From an uncultured Eggerthellaceae bacterium (GTDB lineage: Bacteria > Actinomycetota > Coriobacteriia > Coriobacteriales > Eggerthellaceae): DNA of 64,000 bases. Positions 27,653 through 36,254 of this stretch are shown piece after piece. The stretch covers positions 75,499 to 139,498 of the forward strand of contig CATKXW010000001.1 in the NCBI GenBank assembly GCA_949840905.1. The letters run 5' to 3'. Position numbers and translations under genes: made by a program. Below the pieces are notes generated by a model that was not told where the DNA came from, did not search any database, and was given only the letters and a program-made list of their open reading frames with translations. Position 1 is the first letter of the stretch. Each line of letters opens with the position of its first letter.

Positions 27653-29419
27653 TTATTCGGTCACTACGTTGTACTGCTCTACCGCATTGCTCATTATAGC
27701 CTTAAACACATCGGTGACCGAGCTCTCGTACGCGATGTCGTTGGCCCCCACATAGCACACCAGCTTGCTGGAGCTGTTGTCGATGAACCCGGTGAAGGCC
27801 AGGTTGTAATGGCTCTCGCTGTAGCCGCCCTCTTCGGCGATCTCGGCCGTGGAGGTCTTGCCCACCACCTCGTAGCCCTCGATGTCGGCCGCCTTGCCCG
27901 TGCCCTCGGTCACCACCGTGCGCAGGATGCTCTTGGTCTTGTCCATGGCTTCGGTGTCGAAGCATACGCGCTCGCAGCCGTAGAGGGGCTTGTAGCCGGT
28001 CTGCGGCATGGACAGCAGGAAATGGGGCTGTACGGCCACGCCATCGTTGGCGATGGCGGCGTAGAAGCGCGTCATCTGCAAGGGCGTCACGGTGATGCCC
28101 TGGCCGAAGCTGACGTTGTAGCCCACGATGCGGGCCCAGTTGTCGAAGTCCTGCACCATGCCCGCTGCTTCGCCTGGGTAATCGACGCCGGTACGCTCGG
28201 CGAAACCGTAGGTGACGATCGCATCGTTGAGCTTGTTGAAGCCCAGCTTCTCGCCGGCTATCAGCGATATGCCCACGTTGGAGGACTTGTTCATGATGGT
28301 GCGCAGCGACCAATCCACGTCAGGACGGGGATGCGCATCGGTCACCTCGTAGTCGTTCGCCTCGATGACCGAAGGACAATGGATGACCGTCTCCGGCTCC
28401 ATCACGCCGGCTTTGATCGATTCGAGACAGGTCACCGTCTTGAAGATGGAGCCGGGCTCTATGGCCTGGGTGATGGCCGCCACCTGGTCGGAGCCCACCT
28501 CTGATTCCGCCATGTTCGTCGGGTCCATGAGCGGAACGGAACAGCAGGCGTATATCTCGCCGGTCGCACCGTCCATCACCAACGACGTGCCCTTCTTCCC
28601 ATCAAGACGCTGAAGGCCGTTCTTCAGGGCGTCTTCCATCACCTCTTGCAGCTTGATGTCGAGGGAGATGACGATGTCCTCCCCGTCCACCGCAGCCGTC
28701 TCCTCATGCACCCCGCCCGGGATGGGGATGCCGTCAAGGCCGTGCTCAGCGGTGTAGGTGCCCGGTGTTCCCCGCAGCACGTCGTCGTACTGTAGCTCCA
28801 AGCCGGTGATGCCCTCGCCATCCACGTTGCAAAAGCCGATGACCTGACCGCCTACGGCCCCGTTCGGATAGGTGCGCTTCGTGTCCTCGATGAAGTAGAT
28901 GCCGTCGAGGTCGAGGGCCTTCACGCGATCGGCCACCTCGTTGTCCACCTGGCGCTTTATATAGACGAACGTCTTCTTCTTGCGCTTGATGAGGTCGATG
29001 TAGTCCTTCTGCTCGCCCCCGAGCACTTCAGCCAGCTTAGCAGCCTCGCCGTCGACGTCGGTGACCTCGGAAGGGTTCGCATAGATGGTGGTGGCGTCGA
29101 CCGACGTGGCCAGCACAAGACCGTTGCGATCGTAGATGGTGCCGCGGCGCGGCGTGGTGTCGAAGCTGACGGTGCGCGATTCTGACGCCATGGCGGAGTA
29201 GGTGTCGGCCACTATCACCTGCAGGTAGATCAGGCGCAGCATGAAGATGCATGCGACGACGAGGAAAGCGGCCAACACGATGCCCAAGCGGCCGGACCCG
29301 ACGTGGGATATGAGCGAGGAGACGCCGTTGACGGCGGAGTCGGTGGCACCATCGAGCCGTTCGCGCACACCGCGACCGTTCTTGCTGCCGAAGGGGAGCT
29401 TGAACCGCAACCGTATCAA
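27653..29419 (-). CDS. ftsI: Class B penicillin-binding protein (FtsI-type transpeptidase)
   Basis: 588 aa. N-terminal TM, PBP dimerisation domain, SxxK (SIFK) and SxN (SSN). The third box reads KTS instead of KTG. Confidence 0.88.
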   Translation of the reverse strand: MIRLRFKLPFGSKNGRGVRERLDGATDSAVNGVSSLISHVGSGRLGIVLAAFLVVACIFMLRLIYLQVIVADTYSAMASESRTVSFDTTPRRGTIYDRNGLVLATSVDATTIYANPSEVTDVDGEAAKLAEVLGGEQKDYIDLIKRKKKTFVYIKRQVDNEVADRVKALDLDGIYFIEDTKRTYPNGAVGGQVIGFCNVDGEGITGLELQYDDVLRGTPGTYTAEHGLDGIPIPGGVHEETAAVDGEDIVISLDIKLQEVMEDALKNGLQRLDGKKGTSLVMDGATGEIYACCSVPLMDPTNMAESEVGSDQVAAITQAIEPGSIFKTVTCLESIKAGVMEPETVIHCPSVIEANDYEVTDAHPRPDVDWSLRTIMNKSSNVGISLIAGEKLGFNKLNDAIVTYGFAERTGVDYPGEAAGMVQDFDNWARIVGYNVSFGQGITVTPLQMTRFYAAIANDGVAVQPHFLLSMPQTGYKPLYGCERVCFDTEAMDKTKSILRTVVTEGTGKAADIEGYEVVGKTSTAEIAEEGGYSESHYNLAFTGFIDNSSSKLVCYVGANDIAYESSVTDVFKAIMSNAVEQYNVVTE

Positions 29420-29440
29420 CTCCTCTATACGAGAGTCGGC

Positions 29441-29773
29441 CTAGGCCGCCTGTTGCGTCGCCGCCGCGATGCTGCGCGACAGCGACAGATCCCCGTTGCT
29501 ATCGGTCTTCACCACATCGCCGGAAAGATCGATCATCATCACATCGTTCGGAGATGCCATGCCCATGGAAGCCGCCTGCTCCTTCACACGGGAAGGGGCG
29601 GCCAGCTTGCTCTGGGCGATCTCGAGCGAGGAGCCTTCGGTGCGCGCCGTGCTGATCTGGTTCGACATCTCCTGGTTCTCCATGGCCGTGGCCACGGTCG
29701 CGGAACTGAGCGAGACGCGAGCCACGCACAGAAGCGTGAACGTCAAGATGAGGATAGCGACCACCTTGCCCAC
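29441..29773 (-). CDS. ftsL: FtsL-like cell division membrane protein
   Basis: 110 aa from the GTG at 29773. N-terminal TM then a coiled, Gln/Ser-rich periplasmic part. Position between rsmH and ftsI supports the call. Start uncertain. Confidence 0.6.
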   Translation of the reverse strand: MGKVVAILILTFTLLCVARVSLSSATVATAMENQEMSNQISTARTEGSSLEIAQSKLAAPSRVKEQAASMGMASPNDVMMIDLSGDVVKTDSNGDLSLSRSIAAATQQAA

Positions 29774-29989
29774 GAATCCTATCAGAGAAGAGCTGCGCTG
29801 ATCCGCCGCGGCGCGTCCGTTGGGGATGACCGCGATGGAGGGCTGGGCGAAAGGCTGCTGGCGACTGGGCGCGTAGATCGCCTCGGCCGCGTGGGCTCGA
29901 GCCGAGCGCTGCCGGGAAGGGCGGCGCGGAGCAGCAGAACCATGGCGCGAAAGGTCGTATGCTGGTAAGGCAGCGATAAGGAACCTCGT

Positions 29990-30955
29990 CTATCGTTTGA
30001 TGGCGGCCCGGAGCTTGGCGCTGCGGGCCCGGGGGTTACGGGCTATCTCCTCGTCGGACGGCAGGAGCGGCTTGCGGGTGATCTGGTCGAGAATCGGCTT
30101 CTTCCCACAGCCGCACTGCGGCAGGTCGGGTGGGCAGGTGCAGCGGTTCGCCGCACGGGCGAACGCCTCTTTCACCAGGCGGTCCTCCAGCGAGTGATAG
30201 CTGAGCACCACGATGCGCCCTCCCGGGTTCAACCAGCGGATAGCCGCGTCCAGTCCCTGTTGGAGCACGGACAGCTCGCCATTCACCTCGATGCGCAGCG
30301 CCTGGAACGTGCGCTTCGCCGGATGCCCCCCGGCCCGTCGGGCCGATGCGGGGATGGCGGCCTTGATGATGGCCACCAGCTGCTCGCTCGTCTCGATGGC
30401 GCGCTCTTCGCGAGCGGCCACGATGAACTCGGCGATGCGCCGGGCCCACTTCTCATCGGAGAAGTCGTGGATGATCCGAGCGAGATCTGCTGCGTTGTAG
30501 GTGTTGACGATCTCTTGTGCGGTAAGGGTCTGTGTGCCCGGATCCATCCGCATGTCCAGCGGCGCGTTCTCCTTGAAGGAGAAGCCGCGGGAGGGCGTGT
30601 CGATCTGCACCGAAGAGACGCCCAGGTCGAACAGGATAGCGTCGATGCCCGGGATAGCGCATTTCAGGAGCAGGTCGTCCAGCTGACCGAAGTTCCCGTG
30701 GAGCAGCACCACCGACGGACGGTCCTCTGCTGACAGCGTCCGCAGCCTCTCGGCTGCCGCTTCCAGCGCCACCTCGTCTTGGTCGATGCCCAGAAGCAGA
30801 CCGTCGGCACCGAGCCGCTTGGCTGCTTCGATGGAGTGGCCTGCGAAGCCGAGCGTAGCATCCACGAACGTTTGGTTTGTTTTAAGGTCGAGCAGTTCGA
30901 GGCACTCGGCTCGCAGGACGGGAATATGCCGATATTCGCTTGTCACTTCGCTCAC
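29990..30955 (-). CDS. rsmH: 16S rRNA (cytosine1402-N4)-methyltransferase
   Basis: 321 aa. HIPVL, DATLGFAGHS, DLGVSS.Q.D motifs. GTG start. Confidence 0.95.
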   Translation of the reverse strand: MSEVTSEYRHIPVLRAECLELLDLKTNQTFVDATLGFAGHSIEAAKRLGADGLLLGIDQDEVALEAAAERLRTLSAEDRPSVVLLHGNFGQLDDLLLKCAIPGIDAILFDLGVSSVQIDTPSRGFSFKENAPLDMRMDPGTQTLTAQEIVNTYNAADLARIIHDFSDEKWARRIAEFIVAAREERAIETSEQLVAIIKAAIPASARRAGGHPAKRTFQALRIEVNGELSVLQQGLDAAIRWLNPGGRIVVLSYHSLEDRLVKEAFARAANRCTCPPDLPQCGCGKKPILDQITRKPLLPSDEEIARNPRARSAKLRAAIKR

Positions 30956-31089
30956 GTCTTACGATTCCTGTCCGAGGGGCCGACCCACCATACTGCATGC
31001 GTCCTTCATCTTCTGCGGCACCTGTGCCAGAACACCGGCGGCCGTCTATGCTCGCTGCAAACCTGTGCGCTCGTTATCGGGGGTGAGCG

Positions 31090-31566
31090 CTAGGCATAGA
31101 ACAGCGAAAGGTCGATCTCCTCATCCAGCTCGTCGTAACGCTTCGCGTCCCAGATCTCGAATCGGCCGGTGTTGCCGAGCACGACCACTTCGCGCTCGAT
31201 GCCCACTTTGTCGCGAATTTCCGAGTTGAGCATTATGCGGCCCTGGCCGTCCACTTCCACGTCGCGGGCGTTGGCCTTCAGCTTGCGGCGCAGCGCCACG
31301 TGGGTCTTGTTCGCTTCGTCGTAGCCATCGAACTTGTCGGTGAACAGGCGATCGACCCAGGCGTTGAAATCGGAGGTCTGGAACACATAGATGCATTCGC
31401 TCAGTGGATCCGGCGTGACGACGAGATCCTTCGCAAGCACCTTGCGGAATTTCGCGGGGAGGGCAACGCGACCTTTGGTGTCGACCTTGAAGTGGAACTC
31501 ACCGTTGAGATCAACCACGCTGCGCGTGTCAACGGTGGACTCTACTTCTGTGACGACGACGGCCAT
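31090..31566 (-). CDS. mraZ: Transcriptional regulator MraZ
   Basis: 158 aa. Duplicated SpoVT/AbrB-like halves (DTKGRVALPAKFR ... DGQGRIMLNSEIR). Confidence 0.95.
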   Translation of the reverse strand: MAVVVTEVESTVDTRSVVDLNGEFHFKVDTKGRVALPAKFRKVLAKDLVVTPDPLSECIYVFQTSDFNAWVDRLFTDKFDGYDEANKTHVALRRKLKANARDVEVDGQGRIMLNSEIRDKVGIEREVVVLGNTGRFEIWDAKRYDELDEEIDLSLFYA

Positions 31567-31652
31567 GGACCCTTTCCCGTGCTGCGTTCATTCGGAATAT
31601 GGAGTGTGTTGATGCTGCGTTTCAAAATTCCGAAGGTGAGCTTGCTCGATGC

Positions 31653-31681
31653 ATATTACCCCACTTTGCCCCACTTCGCAA
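31653..31681 (-). promoter_or_regulatory. Candidate dcw (mraZ) promoter: -35 TTGCGA, 17-nt spacer, -10 TAATAT
   Basis: Minus strand reads TTGCGA-AGTGGGGCAAAGTGGGG-TAATAT, about 85 nt upstream of the mraZ ATG. The spacer is occupied by two GTGGGG boxes. Confidence 0.55.
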
Positions 31682-31731
31682 CAAAACCGCGCCACAAACC
31701 TCCCCTTTCGCACCACTCGGCTCCCCCACTT
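31659..31731 (-). promoter_or_regulatory. Array of MraZ-box-like direct repeats (AAGTGGGG / AGTGGTG)
   Basis: Plus-strand CCACT cores at 31661, 31671, 31713 and 31726, plus a CCACA core at 31692. Spacings are 10, 21, 21 and 13 bp. The first two are exact AAGTGGGG repeats 10 bp apart inside the promoter spacer. Confidence 0.6.
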
Positions 31732-31864
31732 CACCCCCGCGGGAATACCCTATCCGAACAGGTGTTTTGTCGAGAGGGAAACGGAATCGCAACATGTTGT
31801 GCCTTCCGCTTGACGACCACCCACATATAGCCGAGAGCGCACCGACGTACTACCCTCAGGATCG

Positions 31865-31879
31865 GTGGGGCGAAGTGGG
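31865..31879 (+). promoter_or_regulatory. Second pair of GTGGG boxes in inverted orientation, 10 bp apart
   Basis: GGTGGGGCGAAGTGGGAG on the plus strand, about 200 bp upstream of the promoter-proximal boxes. Confidence 0.4.
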
Positions 31880-31969
31880 AGAAAAAAATGGAGGGTCGTC
31901 CATGCCCATGCGACCGAGCGGATCATCGGAGCGCCAGGCGCGGCCAGCCGGACGCCGACGGCGCGAAGG

Positions 31970-32878
31970 TCATCGGGCGCGAGGATGAGCGTGCAGATAC
32001 TCTTCTTGAAGATGGGTGCGGTCGATGTGGGTGTATATCTGGGTGGTAGAGATGTCGGAGTGACCGAGTATCTCCTGGATGATGCGCAGGTCGGCACCGC
32101 CTTCGAGCATATGGGTGGCGAAGGAGTGGCGCAAGGTGTGGGGATGCAGGTCGTCTCGGCCGATGGCGCTGCCCGCCCGGGCCACGATGGCATGGATGCT
32201 CTGGCGCGTGAGCCGGCCGCCGCGCGCGTTCAGGAACACAGCGCCCGCATCGGCGGGGCGCAGCCGCTTCGCCTTGCAGCTGAGCTGAGCTCGCGCCTCT
32301 CCGAGATAGCGTTCGAGCCATTCCGCCGCACATCCCGACAAAGGCGAGATGCGCTCTTTGCCCCCCTTGCCCACCACGCGCAAGAACCCCTCTTCGCCAT
32401 AGACATCAGCGGTGTTCAGGCCGCTCGCCTCGCTGGCGCGAAGCCCACAGCCGTAGAGCACCTCCAGAAGCGTCCGGTCGCGCACCCCCAGAGGCGACGG
32501 ATCGCTCTGGCCGTCGAGCACGCGCCCCACCTCTGCCACGCTGAGCACATCGGGCAAGCGCTCGGGTATGCGCGGTAGCGTGATGGCATCGCAAGCGTTG
32601 CGAGCAGCCGCGCCCTCTCGCACCGCATAGCGGTGGAAGCCCTTCAGGACCGAGATGCGACGCTTCATCGACGTGGGCGCATAACCGCGCTCCATCAGAT
32701 CCGCCTGATAGGCCGCGATGGCCGCCCGATCGATGTCGTCGATATCATCGATGCCGAGCGTGACGAGGAACGCCTCGTAGTCGGCTAGGTCACGTCCGTA
32801 GGCCTCGGCGGTCAACGGCGAGCAGCCCTTCTCGATGCGCAGATGGTCCAGGTATTCCTCGATGAAAGGTCCGAGCAT
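31970..32878 (-). CDS. Tyrosine recombinase, XerC/XerD family
   Basis: 302 aa. N-terminal SAM-like domain, and a C-terminal catalytic [12 protein letters not shown]...[14 protein letters not shown] with the active-site Tyr. Confidence 0.88.
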   Translation of the reverse strand: MLGPFIEEYLDHLRIEKGCSPLTAEAYGRDLADYEAFLVTLGIDDIDDIDRAAIAAYQADLMERGYAPTSMKRRISVLKGFHRYAVREGAAARNACDAITLPRIPERLPDVLSVAEVGRVLDGQSDPSPLGVRDRTLLEVLYGCGLRASEASGLNTADVYGEEGFLRVVGKGGKERISPLSGCAAEWLERYLGEARAQLSCKAKRLRPADAGAVFLNARGGRLTRQSIHAIVARAGSAIGRDDLHPHTLRHSFATHMLEGGADLRIIQEILGHSDISTTQIYTHIDRTHLQEEYLHAHPRAR

Positions 32879-32905
32879 GGCCCCTATTCTACCGTGAAAG
32901 AGCGA

Positions 32906-32936
32906 AGAGGGTGCCTCGCTGCAAGAGGCGCCCTCT
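32906..32936 (-). terminator. Hairpin terminator after topA
   Basis: 12-bp stem (AGAGGGUGCCUC / GAGGCGCCCUCU, one G-U pair), 7-nt loop, followed on the minus strand by UCGCUCUUUC. Confidence 0.55.
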
Positions 32937-32966
32937 CCTTCTACGACCTTCCGAGGCGAGGAAAGG

Positions 32967-35492
32967 TCACTTCTTCTTGGCGGGCGCCTTCTTGCGGGCA
33001 GGCTTCTTCGCCGCCTTCTTCTCCTTCTCCTCCTCTTTGGAAGGACAGTCGAAGTTGGGGCAGAGGGTCCACGGGCCGCGGGCAGAGGTGATGGTCACCA
33101 TGGGGGCTCCGCAGGCCGGGCACACCTCTTCGGTGGCCGTGATGGCACCGTTGGGCGGCAGCGGGTAGCGCGTGCCGCACTCGTCGAAGTTCTCGCAGGT
33201 GACGGAGCGCTTGAGCGTACGCGGGTTGCGCCGGGCAACGAGCTTGCTCTGCTTTCCCTGGGCCGCGCAGATAGGACAGGTGCCCACCACCACCTCCGGC
33301 TCGTGGTTCGTCGCGCAATTAGGGTCGATGCACTGGATGCGAGGCTTCTGACGGAAGGCCGTCACCTTTATCTGCGGCATTCCGCAGGTGGGACATGGTT
33401 GGTCGGGCAATGCCTCTATCTTGCCCGTGGGCAGCGGATAGGTGACGTCGCAATCGGGCCAGCCGGCGCAGCCGATGAACATCGACTTGGTCTTGTGGCT
33501 CGCGCGCAGCTGCAGGTCCTTGCCGCACTTCGGGCACTTCCCCACATAGGCATCAGCGGCCACGGCATCGGCCAAGGCTTCGTTGATCTCGTCAGAATGG
33601 GGCATCAGGTTCGCCAGCTCTGCGGCCAGCAGGTCGCGGGAGGTGCCCACCACGACATCTTTGGTGATGTCTCCCTCGGCGATCTCGTCCATCTTCTGTT
33701 CCAGATCGGCCGTCATGGCGGAATGGGTTATCTGAGGCGCGAACTTATCGAGGGCCTCGATCACGGCTATGCCGAGCTGGGAGGGCTCGATGGGGTCGTT
33801 CTGGATGTACTTCACGTTGTAGAGCCGTTCGATGATGGCGTGTCGCGTCGACTTGGTGCCCAGCCCTAGCTTCTCCATCTCCTGGATGAGCTTGCCCTGG
33901 CTGTAGCGAGCCGGCGGCTCCGTCTGCTTCTTCTCGCAGTTCGCGCCATTGAACGCGATGGTCTGGCCCTCGACCAGGTTCGGCATCTGCTCGTCTTTCT
34001 TCAAGCCGAACGGATAGATGGCACGGAAGCCCGGCTTCACGAGCACGTCCCCGCGCCCCACGAACGGCTCGCCGTTCACCTCGAGGGTCACCTTGGTGCC
34101 CCCGATGACAGCAGCCTCCGACAACGTGGCGAGGAAGCGACGTGCCACCAGGTTGTACAGCTTGTACTCCGCCGGCGGCAGGTCATCGGGCGTGGCCTTG
34201 GCTGTGGGATAGATCGGCGGATGGTCGGTGGTCTCCTTCTTGCCGCGGGTAGCGGTGAGCGCGCCTTTGGCCAGCAGCTCTTTGCAATAGGGGCCGTATG
34301 CCGGGTTGCCCGCGATGGTCTTCACTACTTCCGCCAGGTCGAGGGAAGAGGGATAGACGGTGTTGTCCACGCGCGGGTAGGAGATGTAGCCGTCCATGTA
34401 GAGGCTCTCGGCCAGACGCATGGTGCGGGCCGGCGACAAGCCCTCCGCGCTCGCCGCCGCCATCAGGGAGGTGGTGTTGAACGGCGCGGGCGCGGCCACC
34501 GTGCGCTTCTTCTTCTCGATGGAGGCCACCTGGGCGCTCACGGCGCCCTTCACCGCCGCCATGGCGGCATCGGCCGTAGCCTGGTCCTTGAACCGGGCGG
34601 TGCTGTGGGGCGCGATGAACGCCTCGAGGCCTTCAGCGTTCGCACCGGCAGCCGTAGGACCAGCCTCGGCAGCCGCATCGAAGGCGCCCTTGATGACCCA
34701 GTAATCCTCGGGCACGAACGCTCGACGCTCGCGCTCGCGCTCCACGATCAGCGCCAGCGTAGGCGTCTGCACCCGACCCGACGAGCGCACGTTGCCATAG
34801 CCCGCGAACTTCACCAGGGTGAGATAGCGCGTGAGCACCGCGCCCCAGATGAGGTCGATGTCCTGGCGAGACGCGCCCGCGCTGGCCAGATCGTCGTCCA
34901 TCTGGGCCAAGTTGCTGAACGCCCCTTGTATCTCTTGTTTGGTGAACGCCGAATAGCGCGCACGGCTCACCGGAGCCGTCGCGTTCACCTCACGGCAGCA
35001 CGCCAGAGCATCAGCGCCGATGAGCTCTCCTTCACGGTCGAAGTCGGTGGCGATGACGATGGAGTCGGCCTTCTTCGCCAGGTTCTTCAACGAGCGGATG
35101 ATGTCCTTCTCCTTGGGAAGCTTCTCGATGGGCGCATATACCAGATACGGCAGCGCCTCCATCTTCCACCCTTTCAGCTCCACGCCGTCCTCCATGAACG
35201 GCTTCTTCTTCTTGAAGGGAGGATGGGGCAGCGTGGAGGGCACGGTCGCGGGCAGCGCTTCGCCCTCGACGGTGACCCCCTGCCAGCCGTTGCGCTTGGT
35301 CCACACCATCTGCGGAGTGAAGTCCGGTTCGAGGATATGACCGCGCAGGCCTATGGTGACCCAGTCCTCGCCATCCACCTCGAAGCGGTACACCTTCGTG
35401 TTGAACACCTTGTCGGCCTTGGGCTTCTTCACGCCCAACAGCTCAGCTATCTTCTCGGCGGCGTCGTTCTTCTCCGTTACGACCAGCTTCAC
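32967..35492 (-). CDS. topA: DNA topoisomerase I
   Basis: 841 aa. TOPRIM N-terminus, catalytic GYISYPRVD, several C-terminal Cys4 zinc ribbons and a Lys-rich tail. GTG start with SD AAGGAG. Confidence 0.95.
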   Translation of the reverse strand: MKLVVTEKNDAAEKIAELLGVKKPKADKVFNTKVYRFEVDGEDWVTIGLRGHILEPDFTPQMVWTKRNGWQGVTVEGEALPATVPSTLPHPPFKKKKPFMEDGVELKGWKMEALPYLVYAPIEKLPKEKDIIRSLKNLAKKADSIVIATDFDREGELIGADALACCREVNATAPVSRARYSAFTKQEIQGAFSNLAQMDDDLASAGASRQDIDLIWGAVLTRYLTLVKFAGYGNVRSSGRVQTPTLALIVERERERRAFVPEDYWVIKGAFDAAAEAGPTAAGANAEGLEAFIAPHSTARFKDQATADAAMAAVKGAVSAQVASIEKKKRTVAAPAPFNTTSLMAAASAEGLSPARTMRLAESLYMDGYISYPRVDNTVYPSSLDLAEVVKTIAGNPAYGPYCKELLAKGALTATRGKKETTDHPPIYPTAKATPDDLPPAEYKLYNLVARRFLATLSEAAVIGGTKVTLEVNGEPFVGRGDVLVKPGFRAIYPFGLKKDEQMPNLVEGQTIAFNGANCEKKQTEPPARYSQGKLIQEMEKLGLGTKSTRHAIIERLYNVKYIQNDPIEPSQLGIAVIEALDKFAPQITHSAMTADLEQKMDEIAEGDITKDVVVGTSRDLLAAELANLMPHSDEINEALADAVAADAYVGKCPKCGKDLQLRASHKTKSMFIGCAGWPDCDVTYPLPTGKIEALPDQPCPTCGMPQIKVTAFRQKPRIQCIDPNCATNHEPEVVVGTCPICAAQGKQSKLVARRNPRTLKRSVTCENFDECGTRYPLPPNGAITATEEVCPACGAPMVTITSARGPWTLCPNFDCPSKEEEKEKKAAKKPARKKAPAKKK

Positions 35493-35649
35493 CCTGCGGC
35501 TCCTTTGCCTTTATATGAGCGGGACCGAACTTCCGCCCACGGACGCCGCGCCCACGCGGTGGCCCCCGTACGGGCCGTCGGTTCCCCGAATTGCATCTAT
35601 AATGGTCAACGTCCCGCTATTATAGGCCAAGGAATCGAGAGAGGCAGCC

Positions 35650-36174
35650 ATGAAGATATTGCGCAGAACGCTCATCGCGATCCTCATCCTGATCGTGCTC
35701 GTATGCTGCGTGCTGTTCCTGCTGCCCCAAGTGCTGGGAAAGAACCACCCGGTCACCGCCATCATCGACGACTCCAAGATAGCCCTTACCAACAGCGCCA
35801 TCGATGCTACCGGCGTCAAGGGTCGCGCCCAGGAGGCCCTCGAAGCGAACAGCGAGCGCATCGCCGAGGCCACGGGCCTTCCGCTAGCCACCGTCAACGA
35901 GGCCATCGGGGCGCTCGATATCGAGAGCTGGCAGGTGACCAGCCTTCCGCGCGGCGCAGTGGAGACCGGTACCGTCGACGTGGACCATGGCGGCGTCACC
36001 GCGAAGGTGACCACCTATGACGACCCTTCCGTGGTCACGGTGGATGCGTACGGCCAGACCGTCACCCTCGCCGTGCCGGAAAGCTCTCAGGCCTATGTGC
36101 GCTACCTCGCGCTGGTAGAGGACGCGGATCATCGTCGTGTTCCCGCAGCAGGCCTCTTCGGTTCAGGGGAGTGA
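35650..36174 (+). CDS. Hypothetical membrane-anchored protein
   Basis: 174 aa. Single N-terminal TM (LIAILILIVLVCCVLFLL). No recognisable domain. Confidence 0.5.
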   Translation: MKILRRTLIAILILIVLVCCVLFLLPQVLGKNHPVTAIIDDSKIALTNSAIDATGVKGRAQEALEANSERIAEATGLPLATVNEAIGALDIESWQVTSLPRGAVETGTVDVDHGGVTAKVTTYDDPSVVTVDAYGQTVTLAVPESSQAYVRYLALVEDADHRRVPAAGLFGSGE

Positions 36175-36254
36175 CCTTTTCATGCAGCCCTCTTCGCTGA
36201 CCACCCAGTGCTACGGCCCGCGCTCATAGTATCGGAGCCTCTCAGCAGCTCCGC

